Source of the DNA: an uncultured Gemmatimonadales bacterium | GTDB taxonomy: Bacteria; Gemmatimonadota; Gemmatimonadetes; Gemmatimonadales; GWC2-71-9 | Direction of reading: 5' to 3' | Assembly: GCA_963798915.1 (NCBI GenBank) | Contig: CAWCVB010000007.1 | Coordinates: 96,001 to 160,000 of the forward strand | DNA length: 64,000 bases | In this document: positions 29,174 through 40,544 of the stretch, in pieces | Layout: each line of letters opens with the position of its first letter | Numbering within the stretch: position 1 is the first letter of the stretch | Translations under genes and position numbers: made by a program | Notes under the pieces: generated by a model | What the model was told of the DNA's origin: nothing | Databases searched by the model: none | Seen by the model: only the letters and a program-made list of their open reading frames with translations

Positions 29174-30121
29174 CTACGCCGCCAGCCGCGCCAGCCGGGC
29201 CCGCTGCCGGGCGTCAATCAGCACCAGCGCGATGATGAACGCCGCCTCGACCACGTAGACGATCACCGCCGGCACGCCAGCGTCGCGCTGCATCCCGGCC
29301 GCGCCCGCCTCGAGCGCCCCGAACATGATACCGCTGCCGATGATCCATGCCGGCCGGAGCCGAGCCAGCAAAGCGACCGCGATGGCGGTGAATCCATAGC
29401 CCGGCGAAAGATTCTGGTAGAGGGCGTGCGAAACCCCTCCCACCTCGGTGGCGCCGGCCAGTCCGGCAATTGCACCCGAGAGGAGCAGCGACACCGCCAG
29501 GGTTCTCGCAACCTTGATGCGACCGCTGATCCTGGCAGCACGTTCGCCCTGGCCCACCGCCAGCAGCTCAAATCCCCATCGGGTGCGGGTGAACACCCAC
29601 CAGAGCAGCACGGCCAGCGCCGCCGCGAGCGCAAAGCCCAGGTGGAGACGCGTCCCCGGCAGCAGCGGCAGCCAGGCCGACCGCGCGATCGCCGCACTCT
29701 GGGGATAGACGTGGGTGGGCTCCTGCAGCGGACCCTGCACCATGAAGCTCACCAGCGCTTCCGCCACGAAGTTGAGCAGCAACGTGCTGATGACCTCGAG
29801 CACGCCGTAGCGGATCCTGAGAATCACTGGTATCAGCATCCAGAGCGCGCCCGCCAGCGCCGCCACGGCCCAGGTCGCACCGATTGCGATCAGTGGCGGC
29901 CAGCCGACCAGATGGAGCCCGACCCAGGTGGCGCCGATGGCGCCGGCGTAGAACTGGCCTTCGGCGCCGATATTGAGTGCGCCGGCTCGCAAGGCGAGCG
30001 CAAAGCCCAGGGCAATGATGATGAGCGGGGTCGCCCGGACCAGTGTGGCCGAGGTGAAGACGTACCAGGAACCGAAGGCACCGTTCCAGAAGGCCGCGGC
30101 GATGGTGAGGAGATCGGTCAC
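29174..30121 (-). CDS. Nucleoside/sugar ABC transporter permease
   Basis: LNIGAEGQ, GYGFTAIAVALLA; GTG start inferred. Confidence 0.9.
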   Translation of the reverse strand: MTDLLTIAAAFWNGAFGSWYVFTSATLVRATPLIIIALGFALALRAGALNIGAEGQFYAGAIGATWVGLHLVGWPPLIAIGATWAVAALAGALWMLIPVILRIRYGVLEVISTLLLNFVAEALVSFMVQGPLQEPTHVYPQSAAIARSAWLPLLPGTRLHLGFALAAALAVLLWWVFTRTRWGFELLAVGQGERAARISGRIKVARTLAVSLLLSGAIAGLAGATEVGGVSHALYQNLSPGYGFTAIAVALLARLRPAWIIGSGIMFGALEAGAAGMQRDAGVPAVIVYVVEAAFIIALVLIDARQRARLARLAA

Positions 30122-30242
30122 GGGTCGATGGTCGACGGTCGACGGTCGACATTGCGAGGATGGCTCGTAAGGGCGACACCTGCGTCGCCCGGCGGGCCTT
30201 CTGGCGCTTCGCGCCATCGCAATGACGTGAGAGTGGCGCCCC

Positions 30243-31721
30243 TCACTCAGCCCCCAGCATCAGGCGGCCAATCTCCTCGCGACCCGGGACCCGTGGCCCA
30301 TGATTCATGACTTCAGTCAGGTGACCGCCCTGCATCACCATCACTCGATCCGACAACGCCAGGACTTCATCGAGATCGGACGAATAGACCAGCACACCGG
30401 CGCCGGCATCCGCAGCAGCACGCAGCCGGTCATGAATGGCACGCGCCGCGGCCACATCCAGTCCGCGCGTGGGATCCTCCGCGATGATCGCCGCCGGCCG
30501 CTGTTCCAGCGCGCGTGCCAGCACCAGCTTCTGCTGGTTGCCGCCCGAGAGCGCGGCTGCTGGCCGAGTGACGGCTGGCGCCGAGATGTCAAAATCTTCA
30601 ATCAGTTGTGCGGTGCGTTCCCGAGCCTGCTTCCACCGCACGCGGCCCCGGCCGCTCCACCCTGGCGAATCGCTGAGGCCAAGCACCATGTTTTCGACAA
30701 GGGAGAGGGCGGGAATCAATCCCTCGGTGGTGCGGTCTTCCGGTATGAATGCCAGCGGCCTGACGACTTCAGTTCGGCCTCGCAACACCGGCAGGAGGCC
30801 CGCGAGCGCCCGAAGCAGCTCGCGCTGGCCGTTGCCCTCCACGGCAGCGATGGCGACAATCTCTCCCGCACGGACCGACAGCGACGCCTGCCGCACCGCC
30901 AGTCCCGGGCGGTGTTCGTTGAGGACCTCCAGTGCAATACCCCCGATGGCAATCGGTGCATCGGCCGGGGCGGGAACGCGCTGCACCTGATGGTCCAGCA
31001 GTTCGGCCGCATCGAGACCAACCATGGCCGTCGCCAATGCACGCGGGGTCAGGTCGGATGGGACCCCTTCCAGGGTCACCACGCCGCGCCTCAGCACCGT
31101 TATCACGTCCGCATGCGCCAGAGCTTCGCGCAGGCGGTGGGTGATGAGCACGACGCTTCCACCCTGCCCGGCGAATTGACCAATGGTTGCCAGCAACGCC
31201 TCGGCTTCGGCCGGTGCGAGCACGGCCGTCGGTTCGTCGAGCAGCAGAATCCTGGCGTCCGCTGCCAGCGCTTTCACGATTTCCAGCCGCTGCTTCAGGG
31301 CGATCGAGAGTTGATCGGCCGGTCTGGCAGGATCAAGTGGCAGGTTGAGTCGAGCACAGACCGCTTCCACTCGGTCGGTCAGCTCCCGCGGTCGCACTTT
31401 CCAGCCGGCGGCAAGCGCGACGTTCTCCGCCACGGTGAACGAGGGAATCGCCGTCGCGTGCTGATGCACCATGCCGATCCCGGCCTGGCGGGCATCGCGC
31501 GGCGTCCGGATGCGGCGTTCGATGCCGTCAACGCATACCGTTCCCCGGTCGGCCCTCGCCATGCCATAGGCGATGTGCATGAGGGTGGACTTGCCCGCGC
31601 CGTTCTCGCCCAGCAGCGCGTGGATGGTGCCGGGCATGAGGCGGAAATCGACGCTGGAAAGCGCCTGCCTCGCGCCAAATCGCTTATCGACGCCCTTGAG
31701 CTCGAGCGCCGGCGCGGTCAC
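30243..31721 (-). CDS. ABC transporter ATP-binding protein (duplicated NBD)
   Basis: GENGAGKST, LSGGNQQK. Confidence 0.92.
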   Translation of the reverse strand: MTAPALELKGVDKRFGARQALSSVDFRLMPGTIHALLGENGAGKSTLMHIAYGMARADRGTVCVDGIERRIRTPRDARQAGIGMVHQHATAIPSFTVAENVALAAGWKVRPRELTDRVEAVCARLNLPLDPARPADQLSIALKQRLEIVKALAADARILLLDEPTAVLAPAEAEALLATIGQFAGQGGSVVLITHRLREALAHADVITVLRRGVVTLEGVPSDLTPRALATAMVGLDAAELLDHQVQRVPAPADAPIAIGGIALEVLNEHRPGLAVRQASLSVRAGEIVAIAAVEGNGQRELLRALAGLLPVLRGRTEVVRPLAFIPEDRTTEGLIPALSLVENMVLGLSDSPGWSGRGRVRWKQARERTAQLIEDFDISAPAVTRPAAALSGGNQQKLVLARALEQRPAAIIAEDPTRGLDVAAARAIHDRLRAAADAGAGVLVYSSDLDEVLALSDRVMVMQGGHLTEVMNHGPRVPGREEIGRLMLGAE

Positions 31722-32524
31722 AGGCCGGTAGGGTGGTCGTGAAATTCCCAGGGAAGGTCGAACTGGTCCGACAGGTGAGAGGCGAGCGCCTGAACACCCA
31801 GTGTTTCGGTCGCGTAGTGACCGGCCAGGCAAAGATTGATGCGCCACTCGTCGGCATCGAACCAGGTGTGATGGTTCGCCTCGCCGGTCACGAACGCATC
31901 CAGCCCGAGCGCGCTCGCTTCGGCAATCATGGAGCCGGCCGCGCCCGTGATGATCCCGATGCGCTGAATCCGTTCCGGTCCCGCCGGGATGAGCACTGGC
32001 AGGGCGCTGCGTTCCTGCGCGCCGCGATCTTCGTCAAGCACCCGCCCCAGCTCTTCCTGCAGGGCCGCCGGAGACTCGAGCGCGTGCGGGACCTGGCCGA
32101 ACACGCCGAGCTGGATCCCGCGATACTCGCCAAACCAGCCCTCGATCCGGACGCCCAGCCGCTCGGCCAGGACGACATTGTTGCCGACCTCGGGATGCAC
32201 ATCGAGCGGAATGTGCGCGGCGTAGAGGGCGATGTTGTTGTCGAGCAGCGCCCGGAGGCGCCGATAGCGCCGCCCGGTGACGGGCACGTTGCCGTCCCAC
32301 AGCATGCCGTGATGCACCACCAACAGGGTGCCGCCGGCCTCGCCCGCGCCGGCCGCGCTCTCGATGCTTCGGTACGCGCCGTCCACCGCGGCCACGATCC
32401 GCTCGACTGAGCCATTGTTCTCGACCTCGAGCCCGTTGACGGCATTGGGTGCGTCGGGGATCTCGCTGATGCGGAGGTACTCATTCAGGTACGCGACGAT
32501 TTCCTTCAGTGGGACATTGCTCAT
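31718..32524 (-). CDS. Nif3-like dinuclear metal centre protein
   Basis: NGLEV, HHG, HIPLD..GNN, GHYATE. Confidence 0.92.
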   Translation of the reverse strand: MSNVPLKEIVAYLNEYLRISEIPDAPNAVNGLEVENNGSVERIVAAVDGAYRSIESAAGAGEAGGTLLVVHHGMLWDGNVPVTGRRYRRLRALLDNNIALYAAHIPLDVHPEVGNNVVLAERLGVRIEGWFGEYRGIQLGVFGQVPHALESPAALQEELGRVLDEDRGAQERSALPVLIPAGPERIQRIGIITGAAGSMIAEASALGLDAFVTGEANHHTWFDADEWRINLCLAGHYATETLGVQALASHLSDQFDLPWEFHDHPTGL

Positions 32525-33520
32525 GGCTGCCGCCCCTCCGGATCAGGATCGAGTGTCCCGTTGGCAATCGAGTCCGCCGCGGCTCGGACCCGCGCCGCGA
32601 GCGCCACCGGGACCAGCGAGTCGAGCGCAGCGTTGGGAACGTAACGAAGGACCTGGCTCCTGAGCCCAAACGATTCGACTGCCGGCACAAAGCTGCTGTC
32701 CTGGACCGCGCGGGCCAGGAGCAGGAACGCGTGTGCCAGGTCGATGACCGCCGAGCCCACCACCCGGTCCGGAGCGAGGGCACGCTGGTCGGCATTGGCG
32801 CCAAAGACGTACACGCCCGGACTTTCCTTGACCGCCTGGAACACGCCGAGGGCAGCTGCGTCGGCGTTGTGGTGCATCATGTCCACCCCGAGCCTGATCT
32901 GGGCCAGGGCCGCTTCCCGGCCGGCCGCCGCGTCATCCCAGTTGTTGAGGTAGGCCACGCGGGACTGCACGTCCGGTCGTGTCGCGCGCGCGCCGTTGAG
33001 CCAGCCGCGGTAGCCGGCGGCCACGGGCGGCAGCTCGACGCCACCGATGAAGCCGATCTTGCCCGTGCGGGTTAGACCGCCGGCCACCATGCCGGCCAGG
33101 TAGGTCGCTTCCTCGATCCGGAAGACCAGCGGCACGACCCGGCCGGTGAGCCGGGCACCGCTGTTCACCGCGAACACCGGTCCCGGGTACTGCTCGGCCA
33201 CGCGTTCGGCGGGCTCCTGGAATTCGAACCCGTTGCCGATGATCAGATCGTAGCCCTGCGCGGCGTAGCTCCGGAGCGCCTCCTCCTGCGCGGCAGGCGT
33301 CCCGGCCTCGACGTGACTGACCTTGGCATCGAGCGAATCGCGAATCCGAAGGAGCCCCTGATACGCGGCAGAGTTCCAGGCGGCATCGGCGATGGAACCG
33401 GGTGTAATGAGGGCGACCCGGTACCCCTGCTCCGGAGGACGGGACGGCACAGGAAGAAAGCAACACCGTCAAGACAGCGGTGGCACAGTGACGCGTCACG
33501 TTCAAGAAAATAGGCCGCAT
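32521..33520 (-). CDS. BMP-family ABC substrate-binding lipoprotein; apparent frameshift just after the lipobox
   Basis: PGSIADAAWN, YLAGMVAG, GKIGFIGG; signal peptide ending LLSSC lies in another frame. Confidence 0.85.
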
Positions 33521-33612
33521 GTTCCGAAGCGTCACGTTCCTTTCTGGCCATTTATCACGCAAATGCAACATCTCCACAGACTTACGCACTTATCAACGGC
33601 GGGAGGCTGGGA

Positions 33613-33696
33613 GCTGAACGCTGAACGCTGAACGCTGAACGCTGAACGCTGAAGCGAAGGGTTAGCCTTCAGCCTTCAGCCTTCAGCCTTCAGCCT
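33613..33696. repeat. Heptamer tandem repeats (GCTGAAC)n followed by inverted (CTTCAGC)n
   Basis: Directly visible. Confidence 0.85.
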
Positions 33697-34127
33697 TTAG
33701 CCCCTTCCCCCTCCGCCTTCTTCTCGCCGTCCGCCGCCTCGGTCATGTTCACCTCACCCGTCACCTTCCCGCCTTCCAGGATGGCAATTCTGGGCGTGGC
33801 AATGTCGCCCCGCACCAGCGCCGTGGCCTGGAGTTCCACTCGTTCCGCGGCGTTGATGGTCCCGCGAATCTCACCCGCCACCACGGCCTCCTTGGTGTGC
33901 AGGTCGCCTTCGATGATGGCGCCTGGCGAGATGATGACCTGGGCCTCGGCCCGGATGGTTCCCTTCACCCGTCCTTCCACCTTCACCACTCCCTTGGTCT
34001 CCATGTCGCCGATGATGGTCATGTCGCGTGCAACGATCGACAGCGGAATGCCGTCGCCCTTGCGCCGGTTGAATGGCGGCTTGGGCCCTTCGGCAGAGTC
34101 GGGGGTGGGGGTCGAGAAGATGGCCAT
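33690..34127 (-). CDS. Bactofilin (polymer-forming cytoskeletal protein)
   Basis: SIVARDMTIIGD..VKVEGRVKG..IEGD..VRGDI. Confidence 0.92.
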   Translation of the reverse strand: MAIFSTPTPDSAEGPKPPFNRRKGDGIPLSIVARDMTIIGDMETKGVVKVEGRVKGTIRAEAQVIISPGAIIEGDLHTKEAVVAGEIRGTINAAERVELQATALVRGDIATPRIAILEGGKVTGEVNMTEAADGEKKAEGEGAKG

Positions 34128-34928
34128 TCAGCGTGCCTCCGTGATGATGCCGAGCGGATCCACGCTGTGGCCCGCCTTGCGGATTTCGAAGTGGAGATGC
34201 GGCGCGGTCGAGCGACCGCTGTTGCCTGAGAGACCAATCACCTCGCCGGCGTGGACCACGCGCCCCTTGGAGACCAGCACGCGGGAGAGGTGGCCGTACA
34301 GGGTCTGGAAATCGTCGGGGTGCTGCAGCAGCACGAACTTGCCGTAATCGGTATCCTCGCCGGTCTGCATGACGGTGGCGCCGCCGGCCGCGCGCACCGG
34401 CGTGCGCATGGCCACGGCCACGTCCACACCGGGATGCGTCTCATCCGCGCTGCTGTCCGGCACCATGCCGCGCGTGATGAAGCCGGCATCGCGGAGTGGC
34501 CACACCGCCGGCCGGGTGAGGCCGCTGGGTGGGGACGGCGAGCCGGCCAGCCGTGCCTCGACCGGTGGTGCCACAGGCAAGCTGTCGCTTGCGGCGTGCG
34601 CGAGGTCGGGCACCACATCGGCGCCCACCATGCCGCGCACCCGTTCGTACGCTTGTTGCAGACTGTCGAGCGCCTGTGCCAGTTCGCCGATGCGTGCATT
34701 GTCGGCTTCCAGGTTGCGGACCCGCCGCTCCAGCGATGGCACACGGCCGGCCGCGCGCGCCAGCGGCCCGAGGAGCACCAGCCCGGCGAGCACGGCCAGC
34801 ACGGCAAGCGCGCCACCCGCGAGCAGCGCCCTCCACGTGAAGCGCGACACGCGCCAGCTGCGGGAAGCCGGCGCTCCGTCGTGGTGCACCAGGAGGTGCA
34901 CATAGCGCCGCCGTGCCGGCGTGCTCAT
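34128..34928 (-). CDS. M23-family metallopeptidase
   Basis: HPGVD, YGHL, STAPHLHFE. Confidence 0.93.
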   Translation of the reverse strand: MSTPARRRYVHLLVHHDGAPASRSWRVSRFTWRALLAGGALAVLAVLAGLVLLGPLARAAGRVPSLERRVRNLEADNARIGELAQALDSLQQAYERVRGMVGADVVPDLAHAASDSLPVAPPVEARLAGSPSPPSGLTRPAVWPLRDAGFITRGMVPDSSADETHPGVDVAVAMRTPVRAAGGATVMQTGEDTDYGKFVLLQHPDDFQTLYGHLSRVLVSKGRVVHAGEVIGLSGNSGRSTAPHLHFEIRKAGHSVDPLGIITEAR

Positions 34929-35821
34929 CCCTCGAAGGGCCTGCCAAGCATGAGCTCGAGCAGCCGGGCAAGATCGTCGTTCGAGTAGTAGCTGATCGAG
35001 ACCAGGCCGCGTCCCTTGCGCTTCTGGGTGACGCGGACGTCGGTGCCGAGGTGCTTGCGCAGGGCGTCTTCGACGCGCTGCGCCTCGACGCTGGTGGCGA
35101 GCACCCGTTTCGGCCGGGGGGCACGTGAGGTGGCGGACACTCCGTCGTGGCGAACCCGCGCTTCGGTTTCGCGCACGCTCCAGGCTTGGTCCACCGCCTG
35201 CTGCGCCAGCCGGGAGATCCGGGCCGGAGATTCAAGCGAGAGCAGCGCGCGCGCGTGGCCTTCCGAAAGCGCACCCCGATGCACCATGCTGCGTACATCG
35301 TCGGGCAGCTTGAGAAGCCGGAGCAGGTTCGCGACCGTGCTCCGATGGCGTCCGACCAGCCGCGCCACTTCGGCCTGCGGCAACTTGAATTCCTCCTGCA
35401 ACCGCTGATAGCCACTGGCTTCGTCGATCGGCGACAAGTCATGGCGCTGGAGATTTTCGATCAGCGCGAGGGTGAGCAGCGTCCGGTCATCAACCTCCTT
35501 GACGACCGCCGGGATTTCCTTCCATCCCAGCTGCTGGACGGCGCGCAGCCGGCGTTCACCGGCAATCAATTCGTAGTGACCCTGGCGTTCCCGCACCAGC
35601 ACCGGCTGGAGCAATCCCGAGGCGGCAATCGAGTCCGCCAACTCGGCCAGTGTGGCGGGATCGAACTGCGTGCGGGGCTGGAAGGGATTGGGCTGCACCT
35701 CGGCGACCGGCAACTCGCGCAAGGCACCCTGGGCCTTCGCGTCCTCGCGGGATATGGGACCGAGCAGTGATTCGAGTCCCCGTCCCAGGCGGCGTCCGCC
35801 ACCCGCACCGGTTGCGCTCAT
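34925..35821 (-). CDS. parB: Chromosome partitioning protein ParB
   Basis: LGRGL, NPFQPR, IAGERRLRA, ENLQRHDL. Confidence 0.95.
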   Translation of the reverse strand: MSATGAGGGRRLGRGLESLLGPISREDAKAQGALRELPVAEVQPNPFQPRTQFDPATLAELADSIAASGLLQPVLVRERQGHYELIAGERRLRAVQQLGWKEIPAVVKEVDDRTLLTLALIENLQRHDLSPIDEASGYQRLQEEFKLPQAEVARLVGRHRSTVANLLRLLKLPDDVRSMVHRGALSEGHARALLSLESPARISRLAQQAVDQAWSVRETEARVRHDGVSATSRAPRPKRVLATSVEAQRVEDALRKHLGTDVRVTQKRKGRGLVSISYYSNDDLARLLELMLGRPFEG

Positions 35822-36618
35822 GACACCATCTCCTGGCTCTCCGGCTGGTCGTTCTCGATCCGCTTCATCAGCTCCTGCGCCACAGCCAGATAACTCTTGG
35901 CGCCAGCTGACTGAACATCGTAGAGCAGAATGGGCTTGCCGAAACTGGGCGCCTCGGCGAGGCGCACGTTGCGCGGGATGGGTGTGCGAAAGACCTGTCC
36001 GCCAAAATATTCCTTGGCATCGTCGGCCACCTGGCGGCAGAGATTGAGCCGGGCGTCATACATCGTGAGCAGCACGCCATCGATGGCGAGGCCCGGGTTG
36101 AAGTTCTGCTGCACCAGCCGGACGGTATTGAGGAGCTGCGAGATGCCCTCGAGCGCGTAGTACTCGCACTGGATGGGAATGATCACCCCTTGCGCCGCGG
36201 CCAGCACATTCAGCGTGATGAGACCAAGCGAGGGCGGGCAATCGACCAGCACGTAGTCGTAGTGGGCCAGGATCGGGTGCAGCACGTCGCGCATCGCCGA
36301 CTCGCGGGCCTCGACGTTCACCAGCTCGAGTTCCGCGCCGACCAGGTCCTGGGTTGCCGGCAGCACATCGAGATGCGGCAGCACCGGATGCTTCATGATG
36401 GCATGATCGGCCGGCACGTGATCGATGATGGCGTCGTAGAGCGAATGCTTCACGGCCCCGCGGTCCAACCCGACACCGCTGGTGGCATTCCCCTGCGGAT
36501 CGGCATCGACCAGCAGCGTGCGTCGTTCGGCCACGGCGAGCGAGGCGGCAAGATTCACGGCGGTCGTGGTCTTGCCGACGCCGCCCTTCTGGTTTGCAAT
36601 GGCGATCAGGCGGGACAT
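35818..36618 (-). CDS. parA: Chromosome partitioning ATPase ParA/Soj
   Basis: NQKGGVGKTTT, DCPPSLG, QCEYYALEG. Confidence 0.95.
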   Translation of the reverse strand: MSRLIAIANQKGGVGKTTTAVNLAASLAVAERRTLLVDADPQGNATSGVGLDRGAVKHSLYDAIIDHVPADHAIMKHPVLPHLDVLPATQDLVGAELELVNVEARESAMRDVLHPILAHYDYVLVDCPPSLGLITLNVLAAAQGVIIPIQCEYYALEGISQLLNTVRLVQQNFNPGLAIDGVLLTMYDARLNLCRQVADDAKEYFGGQVFRTPIPRNVRLAEAPSFGKPILLYDVQSAGAKSYLAVAQELMKRIENDQPESQEMVS

Positions 36619-36771
36619 GTCAGGACTCGGGACGCGAGACGCGGGACTCAGGACGCCGGTCCCTGGAAAACCTACGTAATGCCTTGCAGTGCAAAAGCTT
36701 ACGCTACAATATGATGGTTACTGACCGACGAGTTGCGTAAATATCGCAGCAATGCCAGCAAAATGAAAGCA

Positions 36772-36787
36772 TGTTCCACGTGAAACA
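36772..36787. promoter_or_regulatory. parS: parS centromere site
   Basis: TGTTCCACGTGAAACA. Confidence 0.92.
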
Positions 36788-36828
36788 ATCTCACCCGCGC
36801 CAGATGCCGCCCGAGCCCCCCTGTAAGG

Positions 36829-37131
36829 GCGGCCTGCGGCCGCCCCATCGCGTCCCGATCCCTCACGTTCTCCCACGCGGCCTGCGGCCGCCCCATCGCG
36901 TCCCGATCCCTCACGTTCTCCCACGCGGCCTGCGGCCGCCCATGGCGTCCCGGTCCCTCACGTTCTCCTACGCGGCCTGCGGCCGCCCCATGGCATCCCG
37001 GTCCCTCACGTTCTCCCACGCGGCCTGCGGCCGCCCCACGGCGTCCCGATCCCTCACGTCCTCCCACGCGGCCTGCGGCCGCCCCATGGCGTCCCGGTCC
37101 CTCACGTTCTCCCACGCGGCCTGCGGCCGCC
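36829..37131. repeat. ~6 tandem copies of a 48-bp unit containing the palindrome GCGGCC-TGC-GGCCGC
   Basis: Unit cgccccatcgcgtcccgatccctcacgttctcccacgcggcctgcggc with few substitutions. Confidence 0.92.
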
Positions 37132-37285
37132 GAGGGCAGTTGGGCAAGATCCGGAACCGAGCGAGCGGCGGCAGGTCGCAGGGGGCAGATGGCAAGATCG
37201 GATTCGAGGGGGTGGCGGCATGCCACGGAACAAAGGCTTCGGGAGATCTTAACGCGAGGCAGTCGCCAACTCGCCAACTCGCCAA

Positions 37286-39145
37286 CTAGCCATCCAGCCG
37301 CCTCTTCACCACCTCCACCACCAGCGCCTGGAGGTCGGCTGGTGAGACGCCCGGAATCCGGCGGGCCTGGCCCAGATTCTCCGGGCGAGCCCGATCCAGC
37401 TTCTGTCTGGCTTCGGTGGAGAGCGAGAACAGCTCGGGGTAACGGAGGTGCTCCGGAAGCGCAAAATCCTCCATTTCCTGAAGCTTTGCCGCGGCCTCGC
37501 GCTCGCGGGCCAGATATCCGCCATACTTGATCTCAATCTCGGCCCACCCTTCCTCCCCGCTCGCTCGGTGTCCCGCACGCTCGAGCAACGGGCCCAGTCC
37601 GACACCCGGGCGCTTGACCAGCTCGGCGATCCGCGCCGGCTCGCTGATTTCCTTGGATCCCGCCGCCGCCAGCACCGGGTTCGCCTCGAACGGCCTCACG
37701 GCTGTTTCACGTGAAACAGCGAGAAGATCTTCTTCCCGGCGAAGCCGAGCCTCCGCAGCAGCACGCTCGGGTCTGGACCAGAGGCCATACCGCTCCGCCA
37801 CAGGCAGGAGGCGGCGGAGCGCATTATCCTGGCGCAGCAGCAGCCGATATTCGCTCCGAGAGGTGAACAGGCGGTACGGCTCATCCACGCCCCGGTTCAC
37901 CAGGTCATCAATCAGGGTGCCGATGAAGGCCTCATCCCGCTGGAGCACCAGCGGCTCGCGCTCGAGCGCCATGGCCGCGGCGTTGATCCCGGCAATGGCA
38001 CCTTGGCCCGCCGCCTCCTCGTAGCCGGTCGTGCCATTGATCTGGCCGGCCAGGAAGAGTCCGGGAAGCTCCCGCAATTCAAGCGTCCGGCTCAGCTGAG
38101 TAGGCGGGAAATAGTCGTACTCGATCGCGTAGCCGGGCCGGGTCATCCGCGCCCGCTCCAATCCCGGAATCGCATGCAGCATCGCCAGTTGGACGTCAGG
38201 AGGAAGCGAAGTAGAGAGGCCGTTCACGTACATCTCGGAGGTCTCGAGCCCTTCCGGCTCCAGGAAGATCTGGTGCCGGTCGGCCTCGGGAAACTTGACG
38301 ATCTTGTCCTCCACCGACGGGCAATAGCGCGGGCCGCGTCCGCTGATCGCGCCGCCGTAGAGGGCTGACTGCTCCAGATTCTCCAGGATGATCTCGCGCA
38401 GGTCGGGCCCGGTCCAGGTGAGCCAGCACGGCAGCTGGCCTGGATGCTCCGCCCGCTCATGGGAGGAAAACCAGTAGGGATCGGGATCCCCGTCCTGCCG
38501 CGCCAGTCGGGAATAATCGACGCTCCGCCCGTCTATCCTGGGCGGCGTGCCCGTCTTGAATCGCTCAACCCTGAGTCCGCTCTGCTCCAACGCCTCGGCC
38601 AGCTCGACCGAGGGCCCGTCCCCGGCTCGGCCCGCCGGCAGCCGGACGCTGGTCCCCATATGGATCCGGCCCCGCAGGAAGGTCCCAGCTGTAACAACTG
38701 TCGTGATACTGTCGTATCTGCGTCCATCCAGTGTCGTGACACCTACTACGCTTCCGGCTGAAAGGACGAATCCAGAAACCGTACCCTGTACGATTTCGAG
38801 TCCAGTGTGCCGTTCCAGCAGTTCACGCACCGCCCGCCGGTATAGCCCACGGTCGCATTGTGCCCTGGGCGACCAGACAGCCGGACCCTTGGAGCGGTTG
38901 AGCATCCGGAACTGGATGCAGGCGCGGTCGGTCGCTCGGCCCATGATCCCACCCAAGGCGTCCACCTCACGCGCCACCGTCCCCTTGGCAATCCCGCCGA
39001 TGGCGGGATTGCACGACATCTGGCCGATGGTCTCAATGCTCTGGGTAATGAGCAGCGTCCGGGCACCCATGCGGGCCGCAAGACAAGCCGCCTCGGTGCC
39101 GGCGTGCCCGCCGCCAATGACGAGGACATGATAAGGAAGGGTCAT
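37286..39145 (-). CDS. mnmG: tRNA uridine-5-carboxymethylaminomethyl modification enzyme MnmG/GidA
   Basis: [43 protein letters not shown]. Confidence 0.97.
   Translation of the reverse strand: MTLPYHVLVIGGGHAGTEAACLAARMGARTLLITQSIETIGQMSCNPAIGGIAKGTVAREVDALGGIMGRATDRACIQFRMLNRSKGPAVWSPRAQCDRGLYRRAVRELLERHTGLEIVQGTVSGFVLSAGSVVGVTTLDGRRYDSITTVVTAGTFLRGRIHMGTSVRLPAGRAGDGPSVELAEALEQSGLRVERFKTGTPPRIDGRSVDYSRLARQDGDPDPYWFSSHERAEHPGQLPCWLTWTGPDLREIILENLEQSALYGGAISGRGPRYCPSVEDKIVKFPEADRHQIFLEPEGLETSEMYVNGLSTSLPPDVQLAMLHAIPGLERARMTRPGYAIEYDYFPPTQLSRTLELRELPGLFLAGQINGTTGYEEAAGQGAIAGINAAAMALEREPLVLQRDEAFIGTLIDDLVNRGVDEPYRLFTSRSEYRLLLRQDNALRRLLPVAERYGLWSRPERAAAEARLRREEDLLAVSRETAVRPFEANPVLAAAGSKEISEPARIAELVKRPGVGLGPLLERAGHRASGEEGWAEIEIKYGGYLAREREAAAKLQEMEDFALPEHLRYPELFSLSTEARQKLDRARPENLGQARRIPGVSPADLQALVVEVVKRRLDG
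37703..37718. promoter_or_regulatory. parS: parS site inside mnmG
   Basis: TGTTTCACGTGAAACA perfect palindrome. Confidence 0.9.
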
Positions 39146-39236
39146 GCTGGGAAAATAGTCGACGGTCCAGGGCTTACGCTCGACGCTTGACCGTTGACCG
39201 TTGACCGTTGACTGTTGACCGTCGACCGTCCCTGCT

Positions 39237-40544
39237 CTACGCCCGCAACCACTTCACTGCATCGCTCCATGTCGCCTTCTTTCCGTACTTGAGAATGCCG
39301 AAGCGATAGATGCGTCCAGCGAGCGCCGTCATGAGCACCAGCCCGGCCAGCATGGCGCCGATCGAAAGAAGCAATTCCCACCAGGCAATCGATGAGAACG
39401 AGAATCGCACCGGCGTCACGAAGGGAGCAAAGAAAGGAACGTAGCTCAGCGCCCGCGCCAGCGAACCGTTGGGGTCACTGAGCAGCGAGAACATGATGAG
39501 CAGTCCGGCAGCGACGAAGATGGTCACCGGTATCTGCGCTTGCTGGGCATCCTGGCTGGAATTGCACATCGAGCCCACGGCGGCATAGGCCGATGCATAG
39601 AACAGAAAGCCCAGGAGGAAGAAGAGCAGGAAGACAATCAGCAGGCCGGGAGAAACCGATGGAATTGAAAGTGATGCCAGCGAACTGGGCGACGCGCCGA
39701 ACAGCGCCGCGATCTGCGCCTTGAACGACGTCAGCAAGGTGGCGGTGCCCGCCCAGATGCCAAGCTGCAGGAGCCCGGCCGAGCCGACGCCGATCACCTT
39801 GCCCATCAGCAACTGGAAGGGCGAGAGACTGGAGATGAGCACTTCGATGATCCGCGACGACTTCTCCTCGATCACTGAATTCATGACCTGGATGCCGTAC
39901 AACAGCAGCGCGATGTACAGGATGAACGACATGGCGTACGCCAGCAGGAACGACGCCTCGCCGCTCTCGCTGGTGAGCTGGCCCTTGCTCACCTTGAGCG
40001 TCCGGAGATCTACCGGACGCATGACACCGAACACCACCGAGGGATCCAGACCGGAACGCTGCAGCCGTCCGCTGATCACCAGCGAACGCAGGCTGCGCTC
40101 CAGGTGGTTCATATCACTGGGGCTGCCGACATTCACGCCAAGGTAGCGCATTCTCCCCTGGCTCAGCGCCGAATCGGTAATTATCAGTATGCCGTCGAGT
40201 GAAGCCGGGCCAGCCACGCCGGTGAGCGCCACCAGGGAATCCTGTACCGAGGCGATCCGCTCTGGTGTCACCGGCACGTACCTCACTGCATACCGTGGAT
40301 TGGCTTGGCGCACGGTGTCCCGCATTTCGGCGCCGAGTCGCTCAACCACCAGCTGGCCAAAGCCATCCTGCACTGCATCGAGCACCGCCACACGCTTGGG
40401 GTGTCCACCGGCGCCGGACAACAGGATCGGCAGCGTGAACATCAGGATCATCAGCGCTGGACCCAGGACCGTGCTGATCACAAAGGCCCGGGAGCGCACC
40501 CGGGTCACGAACTCGCGACGGATGACGGCAAGAATCTTATGCAT
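39237..40544 (-). CDS. ABC-2 type permease (NatB-like)
   Basis: [19 protein letters not shown]. Confidence 0.92.
   Translation of the reverse strand: MHKILAVIRREFVTRVRSRAFVISTVLGPALMILMFTLPILLSGAGGHPKRVAVLDAVQDGFGQLVVERLGAEMRDTVRQANPRYAVRYVPVTPERIASVQDSLVALTGVAGPASLDGILIITDSALSQGRMRYLGVNVGSPSDMNHLERSLRSLVISGRLQRSGLDPSVVFGVMRPVDLRTLKVSKGQLTSESGEASFLLAYAMSFILYIALLLYGIQVMNSVIEEKSSRIIEVLISSLSPFQLLMGKVIGVGSAGLLQLGIWAGTATLLTSFKAQIAALFGASPSSLASLSIPSVSPGLLIVFLLFFLLGFLFYASAYAAVGSMCNSSQDAQQAQIPVTIFVAAGLLIMFSLLSDPNGSLARALSYVPFFAPFVTPVRFSFSSIAWWELLLSIGAMLAGLVLMTALAGRIYRFGILKYGKKATWSDAVKWLRA

Noticed and set aside
36829..37131. Possible CRISPR array
   Set aside because: Units are contiguous near-identical 48-mers with no unique spacers, and there are no cas genes in the window.
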